Shown here piece after piece: positions 1-12,900 of a stretch of 60,277 nt of DNA. The stretch is from assembly GCA_026025075.1 (NCBI GenBank), contig JAPEUI010000100.1:1-60277 (forward strand), written 5' to 3'. Position numbers and translations under genes: made by a program. The notes beneath the pieces were generated by a model. The model saw only the letters and a program-made list of their open reading frames with translations. It was not told where the DNA came from and did not search any database. The stretch is from Vezdaea acicularis (lineage: Eukaryota). Numbering within the stretch: position 1 is the stretch's first letter; every line of letters starts with the position of its first letter.

Positions 1-278
1 ATAGAACCCTACGTTGAAAAAACACTCTTAATCAGTGCGAAAAGTATATCTGATCTTGATCCCTTGCACAAAACTACCCGTCCATTCAGGGCAAGCTCAT
101 GCAAAACACATTGTAAATAATTCATATCAATTCATATATCGCGCGCAGTCTCGAAAGAAGCTTTGGCGTCACACGGGGGGTGAAAGCTCGCTTCCTACGC
201 GAAAAAGTCAATTCGACGGTCGATATCAACATCACTTTCAACGCCGCATCCCTCGTGCTGCGTAGCCCATTGACCCCC

Positions 279-1667
279 ATGTACATGATGAAAGTCCCTT
301 TCATCCTTCCTCTCTTTCTCGCGTTCGTTGCAGCACTACAAGAGCCTCTCGAGTATGCCCCCGCAGCATCCCCACAACAGCTTCTTGCCCACGACCCCTC
401 TCTCCCCCCGCACCACCCCCTCACCTCCCCCCCTCCCGGGGCCGACCCCCTCCTAACCCTGCACTACAACCTCGTCTCTATCTCCTCTCTCAGCGGGCAC
501 GAAGGCGCCATAACGGCCTACCTAACCCAGTACCTCCTGCGCCTCAACTACACCGTCTCCACCCAAGTAGTAACCCCCTCCCGCTCCAACATCCACGCCT
601 ACATCGGCCGCCAACGAAAGACCAAAACGCTCTTAACAACCCACCTCGACACCGTACCACCTTTCATCCCCTACTCCCTAACCCACAACTCCACCCTCAT
701 CGCCGGCCGCGGCTCCGTCGACGCAAAGGGCAGTCTTGCGGCACAACTCATCGCCGTCGAGGAGCTCCGCGCCGCTGGCAAACTTGGTGAGGGGGATATC
801 TCCCTCCTTTTCGTGGTCGGCGAGGAAACTGGCGGCGAGGGCATGCGCGCTATCAACGCCCTCGGCCTGGAGTGGGACACCGTCATTTTCGGAGAACCGA
901 CCGAGCTCAAGCTCGCTGCGGGCCATAAGGGTCTTCTAGGCTTTACGCTGCGCGTGAAAGGCAAAGGTGGACATTCGGGCTATCCAGAGCTCGGTATCGA
1001 TGCTAATGCCAAACTCCTCGATATCCTGCAGAACTTGCGGAAGTTGGAGTTGCCGGCTAGTACCCGCTACGGCAAGTCCACCCTTAATATCGGACGCATG
1101 GAAGGCGGGGTTGCGGGGAACGTTGTCGCGGCTGAGGCGCATGCGGAGGTGGTGGTTAGGCTTGCGGCTGGGACGCCGGAGGAGTTCAAGAAACTGGTCC
1201 AAGGCGCGGTCGACGCTGCTCCTGATAATGGCGCTGAGGTCTCGATCGAATGGTCAAGCGAAGGATATGGTCCCGTTCATATAGACAGCGACGTTCCTGG
1301 TACCTCCCCCGTTTCCCAAGCCTCCTGAGTACTCCACCAGCCCCCCCTCCCCCCCCTCTCCAGTAGACTAACTCCTATCTCTCTCTCCCTGTCACAGGTT
1401 TCGAAACAAGCATAGTCAACTACGGCACCGATATTCCCAACCTACAGGGGAGGCATCGGCGCTATCTCTACGGGCCGGGGAGTATTCTCGTCGCGCACTC
1501 GGATCATGAAGAACTGCGCGCTGTGGACTTGGAGAGGGCGGTTGTGGGATATAAGACGCTGGTCCTGTGGGCGTTGGGGAAGGGTGGGGATGCTGGGGAG
1601 GTGGGGGGGGAGGGGGATGCTGGGGAGGATGCTTGTGGGGGTGGGTGAGGGGGAGGAGAGTCGGTGA
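279..1667 (+). CDS. M20 family metallopeptidase / acetylornithine deacetylase (ArgE/DapE)-like, with a predicted signal peptide; 2 exons (intron 1300-1397)
   Basis: Motifs THLDTVPP, GRGSVDAKG, VGEETGG, FGEPTE and GHSGYPE. Intron GTACCT..GACTAAC..CAG restores GFETSIVNYGTDIPNL..YGPGSILVAHSDHE. N-terminus is hydrophobic (VPFILPLFLAFVAA). Confidence 0.88.
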
Positions 1668-2092
1668 GGGGGGGTGGGTGGCGTAGGGTTCTGTTGCACG
1701 GCACTAACAACCCCCACCTCTCCACCCCTATCTCCCACCAGAACCTCTTCTACGTCACTGATATATGCCTCTGACCGCTCGCTAAGGCCGGGCTCATAGA
1801 GAGCTTCATGTAATCAGCTGCTCTGGAAAGTTGTGGTGTGGGGGGCGGTATGCATACTCTTTGGTGTAGTCTGCTGCTTTGGAAGCGTGTATGGGGGGGA
1901 GATAATGCGCTATATAGAAAACCCCTGTTCTTTCCCGGAGACGTGGATACTCCAGTACTCGCCATCCCGCGCCGTGGATGCAGTGAGGATGCGGCCGGTA
2001 TCTATCTACAATTTCGCTTTCCCCTTAGCCATCCCCAACCCCCACCCAGATCTTCCCACCATCCTTCTAACCCCACATTTCCCCTTCCCCCG

Positions 2093-3631
2093 CTAATTCT
2101 CAACCCCAATCACAACATCCTTCTCCCCCGTCGGCACGACCGCATCCTCCTTCTCGCCCGCAAGCGCGGGGAGTTCGCGCAGGGCGCTCTGGATGATGCG
2201 GAGGGCGGAGTGGATCTCCGCCTCGGTGATGACGAGGGGCGGGGCCAACCGGATGATGTTCCGGTGGGTCGGTTTAGCCTGGTTGATTTGTCAGAGTAGG
2301 GTCCGCGAGAGAGCGTCCAATGTGCAGCTAGAAGAAAAGGGGGAAGAGGAAGAAGAACGTACGAGAAGCCCCTTTTCTTTAAGAAGCATGCACAGGTCCC
2401 ACGCGCTGTGTCCGCCCGTCTTATTCTCGTCGATGACGATCGCGTTTAGTAGGCCCTTGCCCCTGACCAGACTGATAATCGGGCTCTCCAGCTCCTCCAG
2501 CCCGCGCCTGAATAGTTCTCCAAGCACCTGCGCGCGCTCGACCAAACGCTCTTCTTTCACGACCTCCAGCGCGCGAATCGCAACCGCACAACCAAGCGGA
2601 TTACCGCCGTACGTTGACCCGTGCGTTCCGGGCTCGATGGTGAGCATGACCTCCTTACGCCCTAAAACGCATGAAACGGGGTACATCCCGCCGGAGATGG
2701 CTTTGCCGAGCAGGACGAGGTCGGGCTTGACATTGCTCCAGTCGCAGCAGAGAAGGCGGCCGGTGCGGGCGATGCCCGTCTGGATCTCGTCACAGATGAG
2801 CAGGACGCGGTGAGCGGCGCAGAGACGGGCGGCTTCGGCGAGGTAGTCGTCGGAGGGGACGAGGATGCCGGCTTCGCCCTGGATGGGCTCGACGAGGAAG
2901 GCGGCGATGCGGGAGGAGTGTGCGGTTAGGGCCGCTTCGAGGGCCGGGATGGAGTTGTAGGGCAGGGTTTTATGCGTGGCGGGACAGGTGCTGCCGATGT
3001 TGGGGAGGTAGGGGCCGTAGTTGTGGCGGCTCTCCGGGTCGGTGCTCATGGATATAGCGGCGAAGGTGCGGCCGTGGAAGTTGTCCGATGCGGAGAGCAC
3101 GATTGCTTCGTTCTCCGGGATGTTCTTGCTCTTGTAGCCCCATTTCCGGGCGATCTTGATGGCGGTCTCGACCGCCTCGGCGCCGGTGTTCATCGGCAGA
3201 ACCATGTCGTAGCCGAAGGTCTGCGTCACAGCTTGGGCGAAGCGCGGGAAGACGTCGTTGTAGAAGGCGCGCGAGGACAGGGTCAGGCGCGAGGCTTGCT
3301 CCGTGAGCGCCTGTACCAGCGCCGGGTGGCAGTGGCCTTGGTTGACGGCGGAGTAGGCGGAGAGGAAGTCCAGGTAGTGCTTGCCCTCGGGGTCCCAGAC
3401 GGAGGTGCCGCGGGCGCGCGCGAAGACGACGGGGAGCGGGTGGTAGTTGTGTGCGGCGTATTTGCTCTCGTCCGAGATGGCTTCGGCGGTGCTGGAGGCG
3501 TGGTATCGGGACGGGGTTGGGGCAGCGGGGGATGTGGGGTGGAATGAGGGCGCTGTCGCCTTGAGGGTCGTGCCATCTGTCGAGGCGCCGTTGGAGGCGC
3601 CGTGTGTATCGGGGACCGCTCCTGGAGCCAT
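2093..3631 (-). CDS. car2: Ornithine aminotransferase (class III PLP enzyme); intron 2279-2362
   Basis: [62 protein letters not shown]. Spliced C-terminus reads [15 protein letters not shown]. Confidence 0.95.
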
Positions 3632-4223
3632 GGTGTTGTTAAAAGTCGAGTATAGAAGATAACCCTTGGACGGTAGGGCTTGCCGTTTTGCAGTTATTCT
3701 TCAAGTGATGGAAGAGGGGTAGACTGAGGAGAATCGTGGCTTCGTGGTGTGCAGCATGTGGAGAGATGAGACGGAACAAAAGAATGAACGGAACCCGGAT
3801 CCCAGGTTACGTTATATACCGGACGCCGAGTTCTCGATTTAAACCCCCAAGTGCAAGTGTATCCCAAGGACGCCCCAACAGCTGACCCACAAGCGCAGAA
3901 AACCGTTCAGACCTGCCTTTAGAGCTTTGCACACGACCAATGAATGACCCCGCGATGTTCAGCGTCGTCAGGAACTGCGCTTAGCGGTCATGACGGATGT
4001 TCCGCAGCTCGGCGCGCTTGGTGGGGTGGTGGTGGGGGGCGCATGCCCGCTGTCGCTGTGGCCAATCGAATGGGCCTGTAGTCTACTAGACGCCGCGCCA
4101 AAACCGGGAAGGACTTGACTTTAGGGGGTTAGCCTCCTGTCCCCCAAGGGCGCGGAGAGCCGACGCTGGCCTCTGCCGAAACGGAAAATAGTTTCGACAC
4201 TTCGTTGGAGAGCTTTGGTCAGT

Positions 4224-6163
4224 ATGTCTTCTTCGCAGAGGAGAAAAAGTCAGCAGGAGAAGGAGAACGAGAGCACTCACTTCTCACAATCTTACGTCTT
4301 TGCCTTTCTCATCGCGTTTCGCATTCTGAACGCCTTGTCTGTCCGCACCTTCTTCCAGCCCGATGAGTACTTTCAGTCGCTGGAGCCCGCGCGGGCCTTG
4401 GCGTTCGGCGAGGACAGTGGAGCGTGGATAACCTGGGTGAGCCCTCTCATAAACCGTCGCCGGTCATCAAACTGACTTATCCTAGGAATGGAGGCATCAA
4501 TTGCGCTCTGCGATCCATCCGGTAATCTTTGCAGCCGTGTATAAAATCGCTTCGTGGCTCGCGGCGATCTTGCAGCTCTCACAGCCGAACCGCGCGGAAC
4601 TGCTCGTTGCTGCGCCGAAAGCATTGCAAGCTCTCATTGCGGCCACGGGTGATTTTTACACGTGGGAGCTTGCAGGCCTGACTTATGGGCAGAATGACAG
4701 GAGGGCGTGGGCTACGGTAAATAATTTGCTCTTCATGTCAGTCAGTTTACGGCCAAGTCTAATTTGTGATATCAGCTCTTTTTAACCGTCTGCAGTCCTT
4801 GGCAATGGTTTTGCTCCACCCGTACGCTGTCAAACTGTCTTGAGACGACCTTGACTGTGATGGCTTTACGATACTGGCCGTGGTTTGCTATCCGCAAAAC
4901 TTCAAAAGCCTCGATCCCTACGGGTTCTAGTCTAAGGTCCGGGAATTGATGTATGATATTTATCAACGATAACGTACTGACGCTCTCAGGTTTTGCCTCT
5001 CCATCTTGCTAGGGACCCTGGCTACTGTTCTTCGCCCGACGAACGTTCTCGTTTGGTTCTTTGTGGCTAGCGTTTCTCTAGTAAGGACAGGCTCATCGGA
5101 TCGGAGGAAACTCCTCAATTTTGCTTTTTCAATTGGGTAATTCCTATGGCGAGCATTTTTACATTGTGTATCAGCTGACCACTCCAGGCCCCTTGTACTT
5201 GGGTTCTCCACACTCGTGGATCGACTCTTCTACGGCTTCTGGACATTTCCGCCCTATCGATTCCTCTACTTTAATCTTTCGCAAAATCTCGCGGTTTTCT
5301 ATGGCTCTAACCCCTGGCATTACTACGTCTCACAAGGGATCCCACTTTTACTTACAACTTACCTACCTTTCTTCTTCGCCGGCGCCTGGGAGATTGTCAT
5401 AGGGTCGCGTGACAGGCACTCATCTTTACATGTACCACCCATCTTATTCCATATGACGGCCTTTGTAGTCTCTGCGCTTTCGCTCGTCTCTCACAAGGAA
5501 GTGCGCTTCATCTATCCTCTCCTTCCGGCCATTCACCTCGTTTCAGCCGGACCTTTCTCAAGATTCTTATTCGGTTCTTCATGTCGTCGCACTGTAGTCA
5601 CCGTCCTTCTCTGTTGCAACATCTGCATTGCAGGTTACGCCACATTTGTCCACCAGTCAGGGGTGATCTCTGTTATGGACTACCTTCGCAACGAGTATGA
5701 ACATCGTCCAGTCGACTCCAGCAATATGACGGTCGGCTTTCTAATGCCTTGCCATTCGACGCCTTGGCGGTCACATCTCGTGCATCCCGGCATTGACGCT
5801 TGGGCGTTGGGGTGTGAACCTCCCGTAGACATGGATGCACATGACCGGGCAAATTACATGGACGAAGCTGATATGTTTTACGAGGATCCAACGGCATACT
5901 TTGGGACCTTACTACCCGCAAACCCTGCCAGAGCGTCCTCCGCCAATTCTACGGGCAAACGGTTTTTACCGGAGTACATTGTCATCTTCTCGCAGCTGGA
6001 GGACGTTCTATCGCAGTATTTCAGAGAAGAGGGGCCAAATGACAATCGTTATCAAGAATGCGCACGCTTTTTCAACAGCCATGCGCACGATGATTGGAGG
6101 CGAAAAGGTGATGTGGTTGTGTACTGTGCTACTCAATATCGGAGAGCGACAGCAGCCTCATAA
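4224..6163 (+). CDS. gpi10: GPI mannosyltransferase 3 (PIG-B/Gpi10, Alg9-like family); multi-exon
   Basis: [19 protein letters not shown] (across an intron), [57 protein letters not shown]. Confidence 0.92.
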
Positions 6164-6612
6164 GATAATGCAAGTCAGCAGGATCGCGTCCCTCCTTAGT
6201 CGCAAAACAGCTGGTCCAAGCTGCTGTCCGAGGTAACGCACGTAGGGGGCCGGCAAAGCTTGAAATTCGCTACGGCTTTACATCTTGCCCTCGGATGAAA
6301 CGCACCTCGCCGCGGGTCTTCGGCTATGGCGAACTTTCGCTCTCGGCAGTAATCCGTATATCCCGGGATCATCGCTGTGGGGAAGCGCAAAGACTACTGC
6401 TAGAACACGCAGCCAAACCCTTTCGGAGGATTGGTTCAGTGTCGATCATGGGGCTAGCGGGGTTAGCGAAAGGATCCTCAGTAATCGTCTGACCTCTTGC
6501 TGACGATGTCCTCATTGTCTTATTAGAAGGCAGGTTCCATCTGAGTTGCGATTGCAATTGAATTTTGTTTCAGTCAGCACGGCGTTACGCTTTTAATTTC
6601 TTCTGCAAAGAT

Positions 6613-8235
6613 ATGGGTCGCGGTTGGTTTTGCAATGCATTGCAGCGGGTCTCAGCTAACGACGAAGCGCAGGACCGAAACAGTCTTCAGAGTCCTCTCC
6701 GGACGGACATCGTCCAATCACGCAGAATGTCTATGATCCGGGCTTCGCAAACGAGAAGGGTGCAGCGGGTTATGACGATGCGCCTATTCAATGCCCGCCG
6801 CATACGACAGAGGCAAAGCTCATGAGGAAAATCGATTTCCGAGTTATCCCGTTTCTTATTGTCATGTACTTCCTGTGCTTCCTGGATCGTATCAACATAG
6901 GCAATGCCGTACTCTATAATATGAGGAAAGACCTCAAACTCGGAACGGGCCCTAAATACAACGATGCGCTGGTCATCTTCTTCGTACCGTACATCCTCTT
7001 CGAGATCCCCTCCAACATTCTCCTGAAGAAGTTCACGCCGAGAATATGGCTTTCGTCTTGTCTGATCCTGGTTGGATTCGTAACGTGCATGCAGGGTCTA
7101 GTACACAACTTTTCTGGCCTCTTGGCAACGAGGTTCTTCTTGGGAGTCTTCGAAACGGGCGTGTTCCCAGGATGTTTCTACCTCATCAGCATGTGGTACA
7201 AGAGCTTTGAGGCGCAGCGGCGGTACACATTCTTTTTCAGCTCGACGACTTTGGCTGGAGCTTTTGGAGGCCTTTTAGCTGCGGCTATTGGCAAGATGCA
7301 AGGCCTTCGTGGGTATAGTGGCTGGCGGTGGATCTTCATACTAGAGGGTTCACTTACATTCGTCGTGGGCATTATATTCCTCTTCACGCTTCCCAACTGT
7401 GAGCACAGCGCCATTCCTTACGCATGGCGCACCTGCTAATCATTGCGTAGTCCCCGAAGACAGTAACTGGCTTACAGAGGACGAGAAAGCGTTCGTCAAA
7501 GCCCGACTCGCCGCCGACCAAGGACCCACCGCCATCGAACGCCCCATCAAGCTCGCAGACGTACTGAGATGCTTCAAAGACTACAAGTTCCTCCTCGGCG
7601 GCTTCATGTACCTAGGCCTCATCGTGACCGCCTACGGCTACGCCTACTTCTCCCCCTCCATCATCCAAACCTTCAAATACACAACCGTCCAAACCCAACT
7701 GCACTCCGTCCCCCCCTGGGCCGCCTCCTTCGTAGCCTCCCTCCTGATCGCCTTCGCCAGCGACAAAGCCCGGCATCGCTTCTCATTCATCCTCTTCTCC
7801 ATGGCCATCGCCGTATCCGGCTACGCCGTCCTCCTCGCCGTCCCCTCCACCACAAACAACCACGTCAACTACGCCGCCCTCTTCCTCCTCGTCATCGGCA
7901 CTTACTCCGCCATGCCCATCATCCTCTGCTGGTTCCAGATGAACCTCGGCGGCCACCACCGCCGCAGCATCGGCAGCGCTTGGCAGATCGCTTTCGGGAA
8001 TATAGGTGGGATCATCGCCGTCTATGCCTTCTTGCACGATGTCCCGCGCTATCGCCCGGGTTATGGCACCGGCTTGGGCTTTGTGGGTATCTCGCTCATC
8101 GCGACGGTGGCGTATTATGTGGCGTGTGTAGCGCAGAATAGGGAGAGGGATCGACGGGCCGTGGATCTGAGTGTGACGCAGTTTGATAAGGCTGAGTTGG
8201 GAGATTTGTCCCCGGATTATCGGTATAAGCTGTGA
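6613..8235 (+). CDS. MFS transporter, anion:cation symporter (Dal5/Tna1-like) family; introns about 6617-6672 (tentative) and 7399-7450
   Basis: KIDFRVIP, FLDRINIGNA, FEIPSN, RFFLGVFETG, GWRWIFILEG, spliced LPNFPE, NLGGHHRR, LGDLSPDYRYKL. The start exon is inferred from an ATG-G micro-exon. Confidence 0.9.
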
Positions 8236-9969
8236 ACGGGAGGCGCCTGTCTTGCGAGGGCCATAGTTGTGGGGATTTAAGGTGTGGGGTTGGCGGCCGC
8301 CCTCTTCCTGCTTTCCAAGGGGGCGCGCATGGAGGTTGTGTATAACACTATCAGAGTGGAATTGCTCAAACTTTGGAAGGTCGCCCATACAATGCCACAT
8401 TCATATAATGCAAAAATATACACATGACCAACCTCCACACTTCCGCACGCAATACATCAATCCTGGATATCGCCAGCCAACCACCAACTCCATTCCCTAC
8501 ACGCCTATCTCCACTTAAACCCCCCAACTTCGACAGAGCCTGTAAATATATCCCATCCCGAACTTCGCATCATCCGATACTATCCCAACCCCGCGTAAAA
8601 GCAACTACCAAGACCTTTCACGAACCCTGCTTACCCCTTTCCGCGAACCATTACACTAGCCCTCTATCTCAACGAGTAGATTAGACGGACGCAGCCTCTT
8701 GCCTTACAAACTCAGGACTTTGCGAAAGATGGGTCTGAGTGGGTGATGATTCGACGCTTCCTCTACGACAGAGACTCGTGGCATGGTGCTATGTGGAAAT
8801 CTGGGATTGGTGGGGTGATTTACCCCCTTTTCAGGTCTGGTTTTATAGATGGCGGCTTTCTTGGCGGATTCACCCTGCTGGGAGCCATCGAATCGTAATG
8901 TTTGCTATGCTAGAGACTGATATGTCAAAGGATAATGAACCCCTGGTAGCGATCAGCAACCTGCAGACCACCAGCTGCAGAGCCCATGGTCCCATAGGGG
9001 GGTTGATGAAGATCGTCCCCTCATGTGCATGTCCAGGTAATCCAGCGACGCTGAACGACGACAAGGGTGAAATTTTCCGTCGTCGTCCTCGCTCGACCTC
9101 GTTCTTACAGTCAAAAAGAGAGAGGGTTGGACTAGACCGCGCATCAAAGCTTTCATAGCGACAGGAGCATTCCAGAGAAACCTTTATATCTTCATACTCG
9201 ACCCCCTAAAAAGGCGTCATCTGTTCCCAACAGCTTCATGGCAACCCCGCACCACCCCACAGCGGCCCAGAATAGCAGTGTTTGACTAAAGCTGCCAGAG
9301 GCAAATAGCGTACCTGAACGGGCACAGCCGGAAAAAGAAGTGGAAATGCGATTGAAATTTGTGGCAAGGCTGGCCATAGTCGCAAAACATGAGTAATCTC
9401 GATTTTAGCTCGCGTCCGGCGGATGGAGTGGAGGTCTTGTTCTTGAGGCGGGGTAAGGGAGTTGGTCTTGATGCTGCCAGCCTTCCGACCTAGCGTCCCC
9501 ATAGAAGTGTATGCGCCTTTGTATATCTTCTCATAATACCCGTCCGGCTCTTTCCAACATCTTTTTTCAATACCAAAAGGGGGGAGGGGTGTTTTCCGCC
9601 TCGGCACTTGAGATATTTCTTTATTAGTTTTGCAACTTACATCAGGATTGCCCACGAGTGGAGTGAGCATTGTTAAAGACTGGTATAACCGATCTTTGTC
9701 ATGCCCAACATTTCAATAAAGTACATCCAGAGAAAGATTGTTGACTGAAGGCGACTTGATGATTGATAAAAAGGTCAAGATGCTAGTTCTCCACGGAGGT
9801 GATTATCAAGCTACCGCTGACAAAAACTGACAAAGTGAGAAGTAATAGGTAAATAAATGAAACGTGCTTAGCTTTTTCCAGAGCGGAAGAGAAATCAGAA
9901 TCGGTTGTAAGACATGTAAGTCTATCGGAGGTGAATAGGGTAGTGTCTTATCTGACGATAAATGAAGAC

Positions 9970-12900
9970 TCATTTCTTCTCCCAGTAGTTTGATTCGAGG
10001 AGTTTCACTACAGCCTCGTGCCTATACTTCCTCGCCCACGACAGCGCCGTATGTCCAGCGGTATCTACGGAGTCCGGCGCGGCGCCCCGCTCAAGGAGGA
10101 GCCGTACCACAGCCTCGTGCCCGTTCTCCGCCGCCCACGACAGCGCCGTCCGCCCTCCCTTGTCTCTGGGGTCTAGCGTAGCGCCCCGCTCGAGGAGGAG
10201 CCGCACCACAGCCTCGTGCCCATTCTCCGCCGCCCACGACAAGACCGTTCGTCCCCTGTCGTCTCTGGGGTCCAACGCAGCGCCCTGGTCAAGGAGGAGT
10301 CGCACTAGAGCTTCGTGCCCATTCCCTGCCGTCCGCCACAGCGCCGTCCGTTCCCATCGGTCCTTAGAGTTCGGCGCCGCGCCCCAGTCAAGGAGGAGCT
10401 GCACCACGGCCTCGTGTCTATTTCCCGCCGCCAATGACAGCGCCGTCCGTCTCCATCCGTCCCTGAAGTCCGGCGCGACGCCGCGCTCAAGGAGGTGTAG
10501 CACGAGAGCCTTATGCCCGTTCTCCGCTGCCCACGATAGTGCCGTCCATCCGTTATTGTCTATGGAGTCCGGTACGGCGCAGCGTTTAAGAAAAAGCCGT
10601 ACCACGGTCTCGTGCCCCTTTCCCGCAGCTCGTGACAGCGCCGTCTGCCCCTCCTTGTCTTTCATGCCTAGCGTGGCGCCCTTGTCGAAGAGGAGCTGTA
10701 CCACGGCCTCATGCCCTCGCCCCGCCGCCCATGACAGCGCCGTCCGCTCCAGGTCATCTATGGAGTCCGGAGCGGCGCCCCGCTCGAGGAGAAGTCGTAC
10801 CACGCTCTCATGACCATTCTCCGCCGCCCATGACAGCGCCGTCCGCTCCAGGTCATCTATGGAGTCCGGAGCGGCGCCCCCCACGAGAAGGAGTCGCACC
10901 ACAGCCTTATGCCCATTCTCCGCCGCCCCTGACAGCGCCGTGCGCCCTTGGTTGTTTTTAGAGTCTAGCGCGACGCTCCGCTCCACGAGGAGCCGCACCA
11001 CAGCTTCGCGCCCATTATTCGCCGCCCCGCATAGTGCCGTCTGCAGATATATGTCCTTGACATCCGGCGCGGCGCCCTGCTCGAGGAGGAGCCGTACCAC
11101 GGTCTCGTGACCATTCTCCGCCGCCTCAAACAGTGCCGTCCGCCCCCGGACATCTTTAGAGTTAAGTGTGGCGCCCCGCTCGAGGAGGTTCTGCACCGTG
11201 ACCTCGAGCCCCTTCTCCGCTGCCCATGACAGCGCCGTCCGGCCCCCATTATCTCTAGAGTCCGGCGCTGCGCCCCGCTCGAGGAGGACCCGCACCACAC
11301 TCTCATGCCCGTTCACCATCGCCCACCATAACGCTGTCCGCCCCTCATTGTCTTTCAAGTCTGACGTGGCGCCCCGCCCAAGGAGGAACCCTACCACATT
11401 CTCGCGCCCTGACCCCGCCGTCCACGACAACGCCGTCCGGCCCCCATTGTCTTTGAAGTCCGGCGCAGCCCCCTGACTGAGGAGGATCTGTGCTACGCGC
11501 ACGTGCCCACTCAATGACGCCCAGAACAGCGCTGTCCATCCAGATGCGTCCTTGGAATCCAGCGCGGCACCCTGCTGAAGGAGAAGCTGCACCACGGCCT
11601 CACGCCCTTCCACCGCCGCCCACGACAGCGCCGTCCGCTTCCCGTTGTCTTGGGAGTCTAGCGTGGCGCCCCGCTGAAGGAGGGACTGCACCACGGCCTC
11701 GTGTCCTTTTCCTGCCGCCAATGACAGCGCCGTCCTTCTCCATTCGTCTCTGAAGTCCGGCGTGACGCCACGCTCAAGGAGGAGTAGCACAAGAGTGTTA
11801 TGCCCGTTCTCCGCCGCCCACGACAGTGCCGTCCATCCGTTATTATCTATGGAGCCCGGCACCGCACAGTGTTTAAGGAAAAGCCGTACCACGGTCTCGT
11901 GCCCCTTTCCGGCAGCTCGTGACAGCGCCGTCTGCCCCTTCTTGTCCTTGGTGTCTAGCATGGCGCGCCGGTCGAGGAGGAGCCGTACCACGGCCTCGTG
12001 CCCATAGTCCGCCGCCCACATCAGCGGCGTCACCCCACAGCCGTCTACGAGGTCCAGCGCGGCACCCCACTCGATGAGGAGCCTCGCCACAGCCTTGTGC
12101 CCGTTTCCGGCCGCCCACGACAGCCCCGTCCGCTCGTCCTTGTCTTTGGAGTCTATCATGGCGTGCCCGTCGAGGAGGAGCTGCACCACAGCCTCATGCC
12201 CGTTCTTCGCCGCTATCATCAGCGCTGTGTTTCCACTGACATCTACTTTGAATTGTGCACCCTTCTGGATTAACAAAGATGTTATTTCTTCATGCCCGTT
12301 AGAAGCAGCAAGCCAAAGCGGCGTGTGGCCGGATTTTGATGCTCTGTCTATCATTGCCCCTTTGGTCTTCAAAAGTAACTTCACGATCTCTAAATGGCCT
12401 TTGCTTGCTGCATGGTGAAGAGCAGTACAGTCCTGTTCATCTAGTTTGTCAACTTCACAAACTAACAATAGACGCCGGACTACATCTTCAAAACCACGTC
12501 TTGACGCCAAATGAAGCGCTGGAAGATCTCCGCCAATCAATGGCAGATTGTAGAAATCCTTCGAGTGACGGCGAGAGTGTGTTTCAAATAGAATCCATAG
12601 AAGAGGCATATGACGTTCCTTTACGGCCCAACCAAAAAGCCCGTACAGGTGTGAAGTTCGCGACCGGCCACCACATATCCAGGGGTGAATTTTCCAAGAC
12701 TCGTTGGGATTCATGGCAAGCTGTTCGAATCTATGCCAAACAGTCGATTGATATTTTATGGATTTGGTCTGAGTGGCCCAGTTTGCAATAGCATAACCAA
12801 GAAATTTATAGTCCTCTGAAGTCGGCGCCGATGTTTGTTTCCCAGGTATTGTTATATGAACTGTGCTGCTGTGTTGTCTTGTTGTTGGAGCAATAAACCT

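Noticed and set aside
8739..9670. ORFs of 139 and 144 aa downstream of the NLR
   Set aside because: No recognisable domain or consistent splice model.
10010..12230. Regularly spaced short repeats resembling a CRISPR array
   Set aside because: The 99-bp period is in frame with ankyrin repeats of a eukaryotic gene; there are no unique spacers or cas genes.
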